Shown here one piece after another: positions 39,827-50,796 of a stretch of 64,000 bases of DNA; position 1 is the stretch's first letter; each line of letters opens with the position of its first letter. The DNA comes from Tricharina praecox. Its lineage: Eukaryota. A program made the translations under genes and the position numbers. The notes under the pieces were generated by a model. That model did no database searches, was not told where the DNA came from, and saw only the letters and a list, made by a program, of their open reading frames with translations. The stretch spans positions 186,001 through 250,000 of the forward strand of contig NW_026250411.1 in the NCBI RefSeq assembly GCF_024521635.1, in the 5' to 3' direction.

Positions 39827-40299
39827 GGCTGGGGAATTTATTTTCCTCCCCACCCCCCCCCCCCCCCCCGAGCCTCGCACCACCAGCACCAGACACCCCA
39901 ACCCCAACCCCAACCCCAACTCGGGCCCCGGGCAGAGTGATAGACTGGGACGCAGTGAGAGCAAGAGCTGAGGAAAGAGTACGGGCTAGTCGGCCGGAGA
40001 TTCCGCCATACGCGGGGAGGGATGAGGCATTAGATAGGCTGGAGGAGTTGGCCAGAAAGCTTTGAGACGGGTGTGTGAAAAGACTGACGCTTCTCCTTTC
40101 GGTTTCATTGTGTCATTTCATTTATTCCTTTTTTTTTCTATATTTCCCGTTGTTGGGCGTGGATGGGCCGGGCGGAGGGCAATAGGGAACCCACAACGGG
40201 CTCGCGGTCAGCGGTCGGAGACAGTGGGGTGGAACCGGTCGTGTATACAGCCATGATCTGCAAAAGTCGAATGCTACGATGATGAAACAAAAACAAAAA
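39827..40299 (+). mobile_element. 5'-truncated LINE copy 2 (~470 bp: ORF C-terminus, 3' UTR and tail)
   Basis: TSD ACCAAAGGCGGACA (39813-39826) versus ACCGAAGGCGGACA (40300-40313), one mismatch. Highly similar to the reverse complement of 50797-51220. Tail AAACAAAAACAAAAA. Confidence 0.92.
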
Positions 40300-43200
40300 A
40301 CCGAAGGCGGACATATGTACTCCACCGTACCTAGAAGCGGCTCGCAAGATTCCCACGTATGTATCAATCGCCAATAGTTACCGCTGCCACCGGCCGTTTT
40401 ACTGGGACATCTAGGTATCCGTCGATTTTGTTTCTGTCACATGGTGTGTACAATACATTCTCTACGGTAATTCAGCCGTCTTCGCCGCCCCACCTGCCTT
40501 ATGCCTACATCACAACGGCTTACCAGGCATTCATTCCATCAGAGATAGGTAGTTAGGTAGCTTGCGCATCTCGGCGATCCGTTTTAAGGCGGCAGCCACT
40601 GGCCCACTGTTCGCCCGGCCCAGCGAATTACCGCCATTGCGAATTTGCGAGCCATTTCCCGCCTCATTCCAAGTTCCAGCCCCTCATCGCCGGCATGATA
40701 TTATGTATGTACTGGTACAGACATAGAATACCGTAGCCACGCGCCCACGAAAAGCGTAGGTACTACCCAGATCTATTCTAGTGGTCGAGCTTTGCGCAAT
40801 ACATATACAAAAGAAAAAGAAAAAGAAAAGGAAAAGGAAGGGGGGCTATAAATATTCCCACGCATGATACCCTATGCACCTGTGTACCCTCCACTGTCCA
40901 CTGCCCAGCGCTGCCAACCAGACCCATCCAACGCCGCAATACATGTGCACCGCCATACGCACCGCGATATGCACCAACGATCTATGCAGGGCTTTACCCC
41001 AGCTTCCAGCTACATGTGTACATATGCTATGTATGTGCGAGCCTATGTACGAGCCTACCAAACCCACACGCGCGAGCGAGCGCCTGCACGACAGCCCCAG
41101 CCCTGCATCATGGCGGACTCCATGCATGGGTTTTCAAACTTTCGTCTTTTTCAGACTTGTCACTTGGGAATTTGGGACCAGCCCGAGTGGTCGGGTGGGC
41201 ATGCCACGTATAGTCTGGAGGCAGCAGTGATTGCACGAAGTATGTAGTAATCGGCAAGAGAACGCCAGCCCTATATATGCGCATTGTGGGTCGTGGGGAA
41301 AGTTCGTCTGATCACAAATCGTGGTCGCCGCTGGTAGTTGAGTGGACGACCTAGGTAGCGTGGGTATGTAGTAGGGCAATGCACACCAGGACTTTCAATC
41401 CGACGCTTTACTCTAGAATTCCTACATATGTGCTCTATTGTTTGTGTTAACAGGTAGCCATGCGTCCTCATGCTCGTGCAAGTTAAACTTTTGGGGGATG
41501 TGAACGCAACCACGAATAGACTCGGAGGATCATGTCGACACTGCTTTGGCTTCCTGAACAAGAAAAAAAAGTTGGGTCTCTCGGTATAACTGGTCTGGTG
41601 TTGCATGTTCGTTGTTGCCTCTGCAGTATGCAGCGATAACAAGACGTGTACACCCGATGTCACTCGACGGTTCGGACGAACTGTGGATAGCGGTTTTTCT
41701 TCTTATTAATCATTCTGTATTTGACCTTGTTCGATCATGACAGTGCATCCAGTTCCCGTCTCCTTCAAGTCCTACCCAGTGGCTCCGTATAGGAGTCGTC
41801 AAGTGGTACTTGGCTTGTTGGAGTGCCTTCATTCCTCATCTCCACCAAAACCACTGTGGGAAAAATGCCGTAAAATGAATGCCGATTCAAGGCAGCAGAC
41901 GGTTATCGCGGCTACAATGTGGTATCGATGCTGTATTATCTCATTCAAATGCCGACTTAAACACGTGTTCCTCAACTTCAAGAGTTGTTACGGTATCGAT
42001 TTTACGGGCTTTTTTGCCACTGTAGATTCGGCATAACCGTGGGAAGTTATCCTTCTATCCTTCGATCCGCCTAACAAACTGTGACCCGCGTCATATCCCG
42101 TAGGCAACCGATGAGGCCAGTGGCGTGTCAATGATGCGCAAGCGCAGGGCACTCCTGATGAGTCATGTGTATGGCATCAAGATTGCACCACTAATGGGCA
42201 CTCGGTCCAGCGATTTGGATGTGCCTCACACCCGTGACCCACGTTGTAGGTACGTCCGTACGCTAGCATGTGAGTGAGTGATCTCCAATCCGACAGACTC
42301 AATTATCTCGAGGCGGGCCGTTAACCGCTGCAACGCAGCATGCGCAAGGCAAGGTAAAAGAGATATCCTTTTGGCTAATGTGCACATTGCCCACCGCATC
42401 CCGGATTCCGCAAGTGTATCCTGTCTTGGGAACCTTTAGGGGGAGGATCTCCGCTCGCTCTACAATATCTTTCTGGCATTTTCCGCTGCATAACTAGAAA
42501 CTGGCGGAATTCTCTGCGTTACATGTGTCGTTGCGCCAGGATGGAGTGGCTGTCGTCCGTTGGCTGAGGCGCATTGCATCATTAAGAGGGACAACGTCTG
42601 CCCGATTATGCGGACAGATGATGTGCAGGCAATGCCTTTTGAACGTAGGGATGGTTTTTGTGCGATTTGAATCCAGGCGACACATGCAGCTCCTAGTAGC
42701 GGTGCTGTACGGTCGATCGTCACAGTGTGGTCTGCCTGTTATGGTTAGGAGTGAAGCACATCCATGAGCAAGCCGCGAATTGAATGCATGTTGTTTAATC
42801 ATCGTTCCATAGCTGCCAAGTGTTTCCGAATGCAGCACGACAGCTCCGACATCGTTACGGATACTCGGGATCCATCCAGTACTGCATCTCCACATCTCGT
42901 GTCAGGAACTTCATAAAGCACTTATCCACTCCTGCAAGTTCATAGGTGTCGGATATCCCGCGTCTGTAGGTCTGTTGGCCATAACACTCAGCTAGCCCGT
43001 ATGCGCCGTCAGAAGGTCCCAACAGATTAAGATTTTACGACCATGATCTGTTGGTTTTGGGGTCCAAGACCTTCTGGCCAGAATTTCTTCGCTCCCATCA
43101 TATGACTAGTTGTCGAACAAGCCATGCAGTCATCCTGTGCAGGAAGTCCTTCAACTGCCATTGATTCGAGACAATCCTTGGGGAGATCTATTCGATTTGG

Positions 43201-45179
43201 CACAGCATTCGTGACGGATATCCGCCGGTATGGACTGCCGGCTAGTTAGTCCCCACCTCTCCCTCGCTCTCCCTCGTTCTCTCTCTTTCGACGTGTTTTT
43301 GTGGGGGCCGAGAACGGAAACAGGCGGAAAGCCGCAGCGGCAACCCACGTCGTGATACCTCGGCCGTCAATCTGGCCATACACATGCGTGCACATTCGTC
43401 TTGAGCATTAGTAGTAATCCCAAAGTCCGGCGTGTTCCACAACAGAGCAAGAATCCCTTGTTCCAGCCTTTAAGAGGTAGTTAGTGGAGAGGCCATCATG
43501 TCCCGCATGCTTCTTGCGCTTCTTGCACTTCTTGCACTACGCTCGCAGTCGACAGCACGACACCGCAGTGAAGCAAACGAGCGACCAGGCATCAACACGG
43601 CGGGCTGTTCTCCCGCACGCTCTAATCGCGGGATCGAGCATCCGATAGACGGATGCTGCATGAATCCGGCCTCACGCTGCCTGAAATGGGTGGTCGGTTG
43701 TCGATGTTTCTGACGAGGATCGTCAGTCCTGACACGGGAAAAGAAACGACACATCCCGACTGGTCGGTAACAGATGTGCAGAACGCAATTACTCACAGCC
43801 ATGTCGACGCTTCATACTCCACCTCCACAAAGAGATCTCGGTTCGGGACAGCTTTCCCGAGCCCGGTCGCTGCTGCGCCTGAATTGATTTCCTGCGTATC
43901 TGCTCTCCATGCACAAACATGCGAGCCTCCAACTCTCGGCCGGACACCTGTTCGAAGAAAGCTGCTGGGCGTCGACTTCGTCTAGGCGGCGGCAAGAAGG
44001 ATGAGTCCGAACCCGGCCAGCGGCGATGGCTCGTAGTTGATGTCAGGGTCAGAAGAGAGATATTGAGGTTTCACGGAGGACTTTGTTGTGAGCTCCAGGG
44101 GCTGGAGTGCTCAGTGCGGGGGGGCCGCGTGCGGACGCGCGATGACGTTGTGTGGTAACACAGAGGCCTCGTACATGGGTCAGATACTTCAGAGTATTTT
44201 TCCGTCGATATAATGTGATGTTCTCGAGTACATATAGTACCTGTCATGACGCTGATCTTCCATTGGGTCGATTTGGTTGCTCGTTTGTCGAAGACATGTC
44301 CGAAGCCCGGGTCAGCGAATCGTCAACGACAATGGGCGGCTCGATATCATGGGACTCACTGGGTGGTGCGGGCTTTTGAGACATGTCGGGGGTTTCGAGA
44401 AGCGGGGAAGGAGGCAGCTCGGAGACTCCGGAGGGCCCGCCGGGCCTCGACTCCAGTTGACAAGGACGGGTCCTTCGATGTTCCGGCGAAATAACCCAGG
44501 GTCACCAATCCTTCAGGAGCACATGTTACCTGCTCCATCACGATCGACTTACCGCTACATGCGCCCAAAGTATCCACTGTCCTTGCTGCGGGCCTATGGG
44601 CCGGCTTTATCTTGACAGATGCCCTCTTACTTGAGTAGGAATCTTCGGATGATGGTGATGTGCCTCGCCGAGCCTAGTCATCTCTCCTGTGGCCACGACT
44701 GCAACTTTGCGAACCACGAAGTCAGAGCAGCCACCACGACCACGATCACCAACACCTCATCCCCCAAGCTTATCCTTCCCAGCGTGTTTGCTCGCTTGAC
44801 CAGATATGGGCCATCGGGTCGTGCTTCGAAGCACGCTCGTCCATCGCTGGTGTTGTTACCCCGTCATCGGTCGGTTTGGGGCTAATTCGCGAGTGCGCCA
44901 CCAGAAAAGAAGCCATGACACTTAAACTTGCCGCTGGCTCGCCTTCAGGTTCCGTCCCTTCGACTTCCAAATCACCCACCCCACCCATCCAATTCACCCT
45001 TATATTAAGGCTCATTCCTCGTATCCAAGATCTTCAAATCTGTGCATCTGCGCATCTGTGCTGCACACCTCGATCCGGTCCTACCTGAGCTTCGCTATAC
45101 CTGGTTGTCGGGTTCTGGGATCAGTCCAACACCCGCGGAATCCCCCAAACGCTTTCTTCACGTTCCACATTGTTGTCAG

Positions 45180-46340
45180 ATGGATCACATACTACCGAAT
45201 CCTGCGTCACGCAGGCCCCTCTCCAAAGCCCTTCCTCCTATTGTGCTGGGCACAGCTACCTTCAATCACCAATACAATTCCGACCCGCACTCCCTCGCAA
45301 CTACCGCGATCGTCCACAAGGCCCTTCGGTACGGAATTCGCGCCTTCGACACATCGCCTTACTACGGCCCCGCCGAGACCCTCCTAGGCGAGGCATTGAA
45401 CAGCCAATCCTTCGTTCCGAGATCAGACTATATCCTCCAATCCAAATGCGGAAGAATCCGGGCGGACGAATTCGACTACTCGCCGGAATGGATACGGCAG
45501 TCGATTCAGAATTCGCTACAGCGGCTCGGAACCGAGTACCTTGATGTGGTTTTCTGCCATGACGTTGAGTTTGTTAAGCCCCATGAGGTCATCACGGCAG
45601 TGAGAACGCTGCGGGAGCTCCGAGACCAGGGTCTCATTCGATATGTTGGTATCTCTGGGTATCCTACCGATGTTCTGGCGAGTCTGGCGAAGGAGGTGAA
45701 GGAATTGACTGGAGAACCTTTGGATGCCGTCATGAGTTACGCCCATTACACGCTGCAGAATACCGTCTTGTTCTCCAAAGCTCTCGGAAAGCTCGTCGAC
45801 GCTGGTGTCGACTGCGTTCTCAATGGTTCACCGTTGGGAATGGGCCTGCTCCGTCGTCAGGGTGTGCCGGTGGGTGGTATGGGAGATTTTCATCCGGCGC
45901 CAAAAGCGCTGAGAAATCGATGTATCGAGGCTAGCGATGTGGTGGAAAAGTATGGGCAGGAGGGAGAGCGGTTGGAGACATTGGCGTTGAGGTTCTCGAT
46001 CGAAGGATGGATGAAAGATGGTGCTGTTGCTGGAACGACGGTGAAGCCCCTCCTAGGTGATCCTGCTGCCTCGTCATCTCCGAGAACAGTCCAAGTTGCT
46101 CGCCCGAGACTGGGTGTCACCGTGGCCGGTGTGAGCTACATGAATGAGATGGACGAGTTGGCAGCCATCTGGCGGGATGTCATCACTGCATCGGAGAGAG
46201 AATTTTTGTACCAGAAGGTGATTGGTGCGTTCGGTGACGAGTGGAAGGATTACTCGTGGCCCAGTCCTGGAGAGGGCTATGTTAGGAGCAGTGGTCATGA
46301 AGAACCGGAGGATGAATCATTACTGAAGAGCCGATTGTAA
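45180..46340 (+). CDS. ARA2: Aldo-keto reductase, D-arabinose 1-dehydrogenase (Ara2) / L-galactose dehydrogenase-like, 386 aa, intronless, C-terminal -KSRL
   Basis: LGTATFNHQY, GIRAFDTSPYYG, KCGR...FDYS...SLQRLGTEYLDVVFCHDVEF, GISGYP and GDFHPAP motifs are typical of the Ara2/GalDH subfamily. Confidence 0.85.
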   Translation: MDHILPNPASRRPLSKALPPIVLGTATFNHQYNSDPHSLATTAIVHKALRYGIRAFDTSPYYGPAETLLGEALNSQSFVPRSDYILQSKCGRIRADEFDYSPEWIRQSIQNSLQRLGTEYLDVVFCHDVEFVKPHEVITAVRTLRELRDQGLIRYVGISGYPTDVLASLAKEVKELTGEPLDAVMSYAHYTLQNTVLFSKALGKLVDAGVDCVLNGSPLGMGLLRRQGVPVGGMGDFHPAPKALRNRCIEASDVVEKYGQEGERLETLALRFSIEGWMKDGAVAGTTVKPLLGDPAASSSPRTVQVARPRLGVTVAGVSYMNEMDELAAIWRDVITASEREFLYQKVIGAFGDEWKDYSWPSPGEGYVRSSGHEEPEDESLLKSRL

Positions 46341-47940
46341 CTGGGCTTTGGAAAAAAAAAATATGGATACTAGCGTGCCGTTTTAACGTGGGACTGTGGG
46401 CGATTAGATGGCGTTTGTTTGTTTGCATGATGACTTCGAGAGGGAATGGAAGGTTGGATTATTGTTATATGCTTCAAGTATTATAGATATAAAGACGTAT
46501 TAGGCAACCTAAATCCGCTTCATGTCAGACGGATCGGATCGTCGTTTAACCGTGTGATCTCTTTCATTGCTTCTTCTTTCCCTTCTATCCTAGAGACGAT
46601 CGCCAGCTGCGCCTGCGGGAGAGCACGAAACGGACTGCCATACATCACCTTCCGGTGCTGCTGACTTCGTTGTGTTCCCTCCCGAATACGACTTCTCCAG
46701 AGCTTCTTCGGCAGGACATTCCCACCCAGCGCGGTAGTTCTCGCTGCCGGTAGACAGTCGACCCGTAGGGACACACGCACGCGCTGTATCTGTAGCCGGG
46801 GATTATTGCTACTTTTCGATACCCTCCATGACCTTTCGGGTAACTTCCCCTCGAGATGTATCGATTCACATGGGTGATTACTTTGCTCTTATGTACTCAT
46901 GCTCATGCGCTTACTCAGACCTACCTTTCTCCAGCGTACTCTGTTGCTGTATGTGCAGCATATGAGGTCATTGTCAACTGTCATCCGTACGCGATTCACT
47001 TATTCCTCGTACATAGATATCCGGCCCATCTGATGCACGAAAGCAATGTGTACTCATATGCGCACATACGCGCGGCAGGATCACAGTGATAGGGCCCTTC
47101 CCAGAACACTGTTTAAAGTCGTGCAGCCGAAGCGGCGGAGCAGCGAAGCCGCTCAAGCCCCTGACGGTAATCATCCGTGGCCGGTGAATCGCGATATATG
47201 TAGTAATCAATGATCACAGTTAAGCATTCGCTTCGATCCGCAGCGCTGCCGACTTCCCGAGCGCCGTCCGTTCCGTGTCACCAACAAGTGCCAACCCCAA
47301 CACCAACAGCAACCGCCGCCACGCCGGCCCTGCGTGCAGATCATTGGCCCATACATGAGGCGCGTAAGCTACATCTAGTTAACCGTTCTACTGTATCACG
47401 GCCACTAGGAAACGATTGGGTTACGCGTTGTACGGAGCGTAGGCATTTTTTGATTTGCGATTCCGCAGCACTTCCCTCACAGCTCCAGCATCCAGCGCGT
47501 GGCTTTGCTTGGTGGGGCTGGCTGTCTCGGGTTCATGGTTCTTGGTCCTTGGTAGTGGTCCGGTACAGATGCGTTGGCCGCAACGCCGCCCCCCATCGGG
47601 TGCTTCGGGGTTTACATATCTTGAGGTCGTGTCCGCCGGTGCTGCTTGTTTCTTTTTCTCTCTCAAGTGGAGCTCAATCTAGACATCTATTCACATCGAG
47701 GAAGACAGAGACAATCGAAAGGTATGTTCCGCAGCATCTGTCCAGCCTCACCTGCAATTGGGCGGCCAATCAATCGCTGATGCTAATTTGTGCGACAACA
47801 GTTGGCAAGGCATCACTTTACCTGTCACACCTCTTCCCTGGTCAACTTCAGCCGTACGTCAAGACTCTATACAGGCTGCCGACTTCTCCTCATCGCCTTC
47901 CTTCCTTATTCCAGCCTACCCTCACTGGGATACCTACAAA

Positions 47941-50399
47941 ATGTCCGGCCGTAGCCATCGCGATTATGCTGACATCTCGCAACAGGACGTCTCCACGGAC
48001 TCGGAAGCAGAAGCGCACGAGCTGAACCCAATGGCGCCACCAGAGAAACCATCGGAGTCGCGGCGCCACAAACACCATCGGCGGGAGCGGGAGCGGGAGA
48101 GGCGCGGGGATCGACAGGCTTCCCCGGCCGCCGCTGACCGCGTCGACAGTGGGCTGCTGCGCCGCAATCCATCACGTCCACGGCACAGTGGCAGAGCCCA
48201 CGGGGCTCCGGGCAGAGAGTCAGAGGATCCTGGGTATCGAGCGGCCAATAAAGATTTTCAACGGAGTTATGGTCGCCGTGGTGGTGGTGGGTTTTCTTTT
48301 CGGACATCATTGGGGCGAGGACGAGAGTGCTGAGAGAAAGTAGAAGCCCCGCCGGCGTGGACGAGGACTCCGACTTTTCGGGAGGATGGGACGGGTGAAT
48401 TGCAGACCTACTACCAGTCTATGGGACCGACTGCGCAGGGTCAGCTCGCGAGAAGACATGATTATCGGAAACAATATGCTCACCTGATGGGTAAAAGTAT
48501 GCGCTCGCTATTCTGGCTCCGTATCGGTGTGTAGTTGGCTGACAGCTGTGTTTGGTAAGTTCTGCTACGGTGGCTGGCGAGTTTTATACTTGCCGCGGCC
48601 ATGGTCGTGGCGTTCTATCAGTACGAGAAGATCAAGATCTTGTCGAAGTCTAAGAAGCGTTGGTTCAATGCCGTCACTACCGGGTTATATCTCACCCTAG
48701 GTCTGAATTTGGCTGCGTCGTTGAAGGGTATGGCCATTATTGTGAGGTGGAAGCTGCTGGCTAGAAAAGCCCACCAATTGGAGGAGGTAGGTACTAATCT
48801 TTTGGATATTGTGGGCGAGATGCTAACAGCAAGAAAAAGGTTGACTTCCTTCTCGGGCTGAGTTCGCTCATCAAAGTGTTTCGATATGGAATTCACATCT
48901 TCCGTACTCGGCCTATGACCTCAATGGCTTGCTTTTCATGGATTCTGTTCAATGCAGTTGGCCGTCTTTCAGTGGCCCTGACTGGTTTGACATATTCCTA
49001 CGATAGTGCGGGCGCAGCCTTTCTCCAACATGGAACTGTCAACGTAACCAACTGGGCCACCTTCTCCGAGCACGACGCAGTCTCACGCTCATACACGCCC
49101 ACGGCGGAATCTGAACGCGCATCCGCACACCAATGGGGCCTCTTTTCTGTGATTTTCCAGTACCAACAACTAACAAAACCTGGAGTGTCGGACCCAAACA
49201 CTCCATATGACCGACCTATCGAGATAGCATCGGACGATGAGGGGTGGGTATATTACTTCCGCGAGCGAAATCCGCATGTAACCACGACGCACACACCGCT
49301 CGCTGTAAAGTCGGGTCGCTGGATCCAGTCATCGGCTGAGTGTGATTATTATCCGCTTATCGAAGGCCAGTATGGGAATTCGTCAACGGTTGTATATTTA
49401 AATGGTACAGAGGAACATACTCTCAGTGGAATCTCGGTATGCCCTCACTCGCCCTAAAGAATATGAGCAATACTGATAAGATCGCAGGATTATGGCCCCG
49501 CCGCCACAACGTGGATCAACCCGCGCTCCGACCTTCCGCGCAACAATGACTGGGACTGCGGGTCTCGCTGTGCCTCCGTCGCCGCTCTCTCCTTCCTCGG
49601 TCCCACCGACTCAGGCAACGGTGCTTTCTACGACTGCGAAGTCAGCATCTCCACCGTTCAAAACGGCACGGAAGCCATCCACCAAATGCCCGATTCGGTC
49701 GCCCACGTAGCCGCCGGTGCCATCTCTCTCGAAGGCTACTCCACCGGCCCCGACAGCTGGGAATACGTCCGCTACATCCCGGAGTCGCCCTGGAGCAACT
49801 ACGGCACCTCTCTCTCCACCGACGCCGACTACATGGCCCGGCTCGCCAGCCGCTTCGCCATTGGTGCCATCGCGGCAAAAGACTTTTACGGCGAATCAAC
49901 CGCGCAAGCCAAAGGCCAGCTGGTCGTGACCGGCGTGCTCCTAAAGGTGAAATGGAACTTCCTGTTCCTCATCCTCGGCACGATCTTGGTGTGCCAGCTG
50001 CTGCTCGGATGTGCGACCGTCGCATACGCGAATACCGTGTTCTGCAAAGACGATAGTTACCTCTCCACCGCACGTCTGCTTCGGCCGATTGTCGAGCGAT
50101 TGGGCCCCAGTGGATGTGCTATGACCGGAAAAGATATTGCGCACACGTTGTCCGAGAATATGGTCTACGGCGTACGTGCCGATGAGGGCGGCACACGGCA
50201 CCATCTCGATCTGGGCGAGGATATTGTGCCCAGGAAGTGGTTCCCGGAAGGATGGTACGATGGGTACGAAGAGTGGGTTGATGCGGAGGAGGAGAACGTG
50301 GATCTCAGGGAAAAGCAGAAAAAGGCTGCCAGGAGAAGGCCCGTGGTGCTGGCGGGCGCGGCGACAAGTGTCAGGAGGAGGAGGGCGTGGAGGGCGTGA
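47941..50399 (+). CDS. Uncharacterised multi-pass membrane protein of about 744 aa (about three N-terminal TMs, a Cys-containing lumenal/extracellular domain, one C-terminal TM); exons 47941-48286, 48344-48496, 48560-48786, 48840-49436, 49488-50399
   Basis: Four short GT-AG introns join the ORF pieces in frame; the first donor is the least certain. Hydrophobic segments LASFILAAAMVVAF, LYLTLGLNLAASL, MACFSWILFNAVG and FLFLILGTILVCQLLLG; N-glycosylation sequons (NVT, NSS, NGT). Confidence 0.8.
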
Positions 50400-50796
50400 T
50401 TTTGATGCGATATTGATGCGATACCATTTAGATGGAGTTTTTGGGATGATTTTGATTTTTTTGATGATGTTGATGTCGCTTATGATGGTGAAAAGACTGT
50501 GGTTGCTCTGGTAATGTGGAATTGAGAGATGAACTTTACTTGACTCGATTGATGTAGTGTTACGAGAAAGATGGGAAAGGAGACTGCTTATAACAGAAAC
50601 GAGCTCGTGTGCACAACGAGATGAGGCCGGCGAAGCCGGGCCTCAGACAGAGGATGCGGCGATAGCCATCGCCGGACTAGGCTGGGGGCTTGAAGGCTGG
50701 AAGGCTTGAAGTCTTGAAGGCTGACTCTGTGGAGAAGCCATGGACAATGCTAAGCAGCCACGAAGGAAGTGAGGGCAGTATGTAAAAGGACAGTGG

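Noticed and set aside
39646..40065. 139-aa ORF as a host-LINE fusion gene
   Set aside because: It starts at GTG, enters the LINE in the wrong frame and only reaches the tail frame through the poly-C indel.
42155..42190. CTGATGAG hammerhead-like core
   Set aside because: No matching GAAA and no closing stems.
46520..47210. Possible spliced minus-strand gene between the ARA2-like and membrane-protein genes
   Set aside because: Donor-like sites are present, but no consistent in-frame model or recognisable product emerged.
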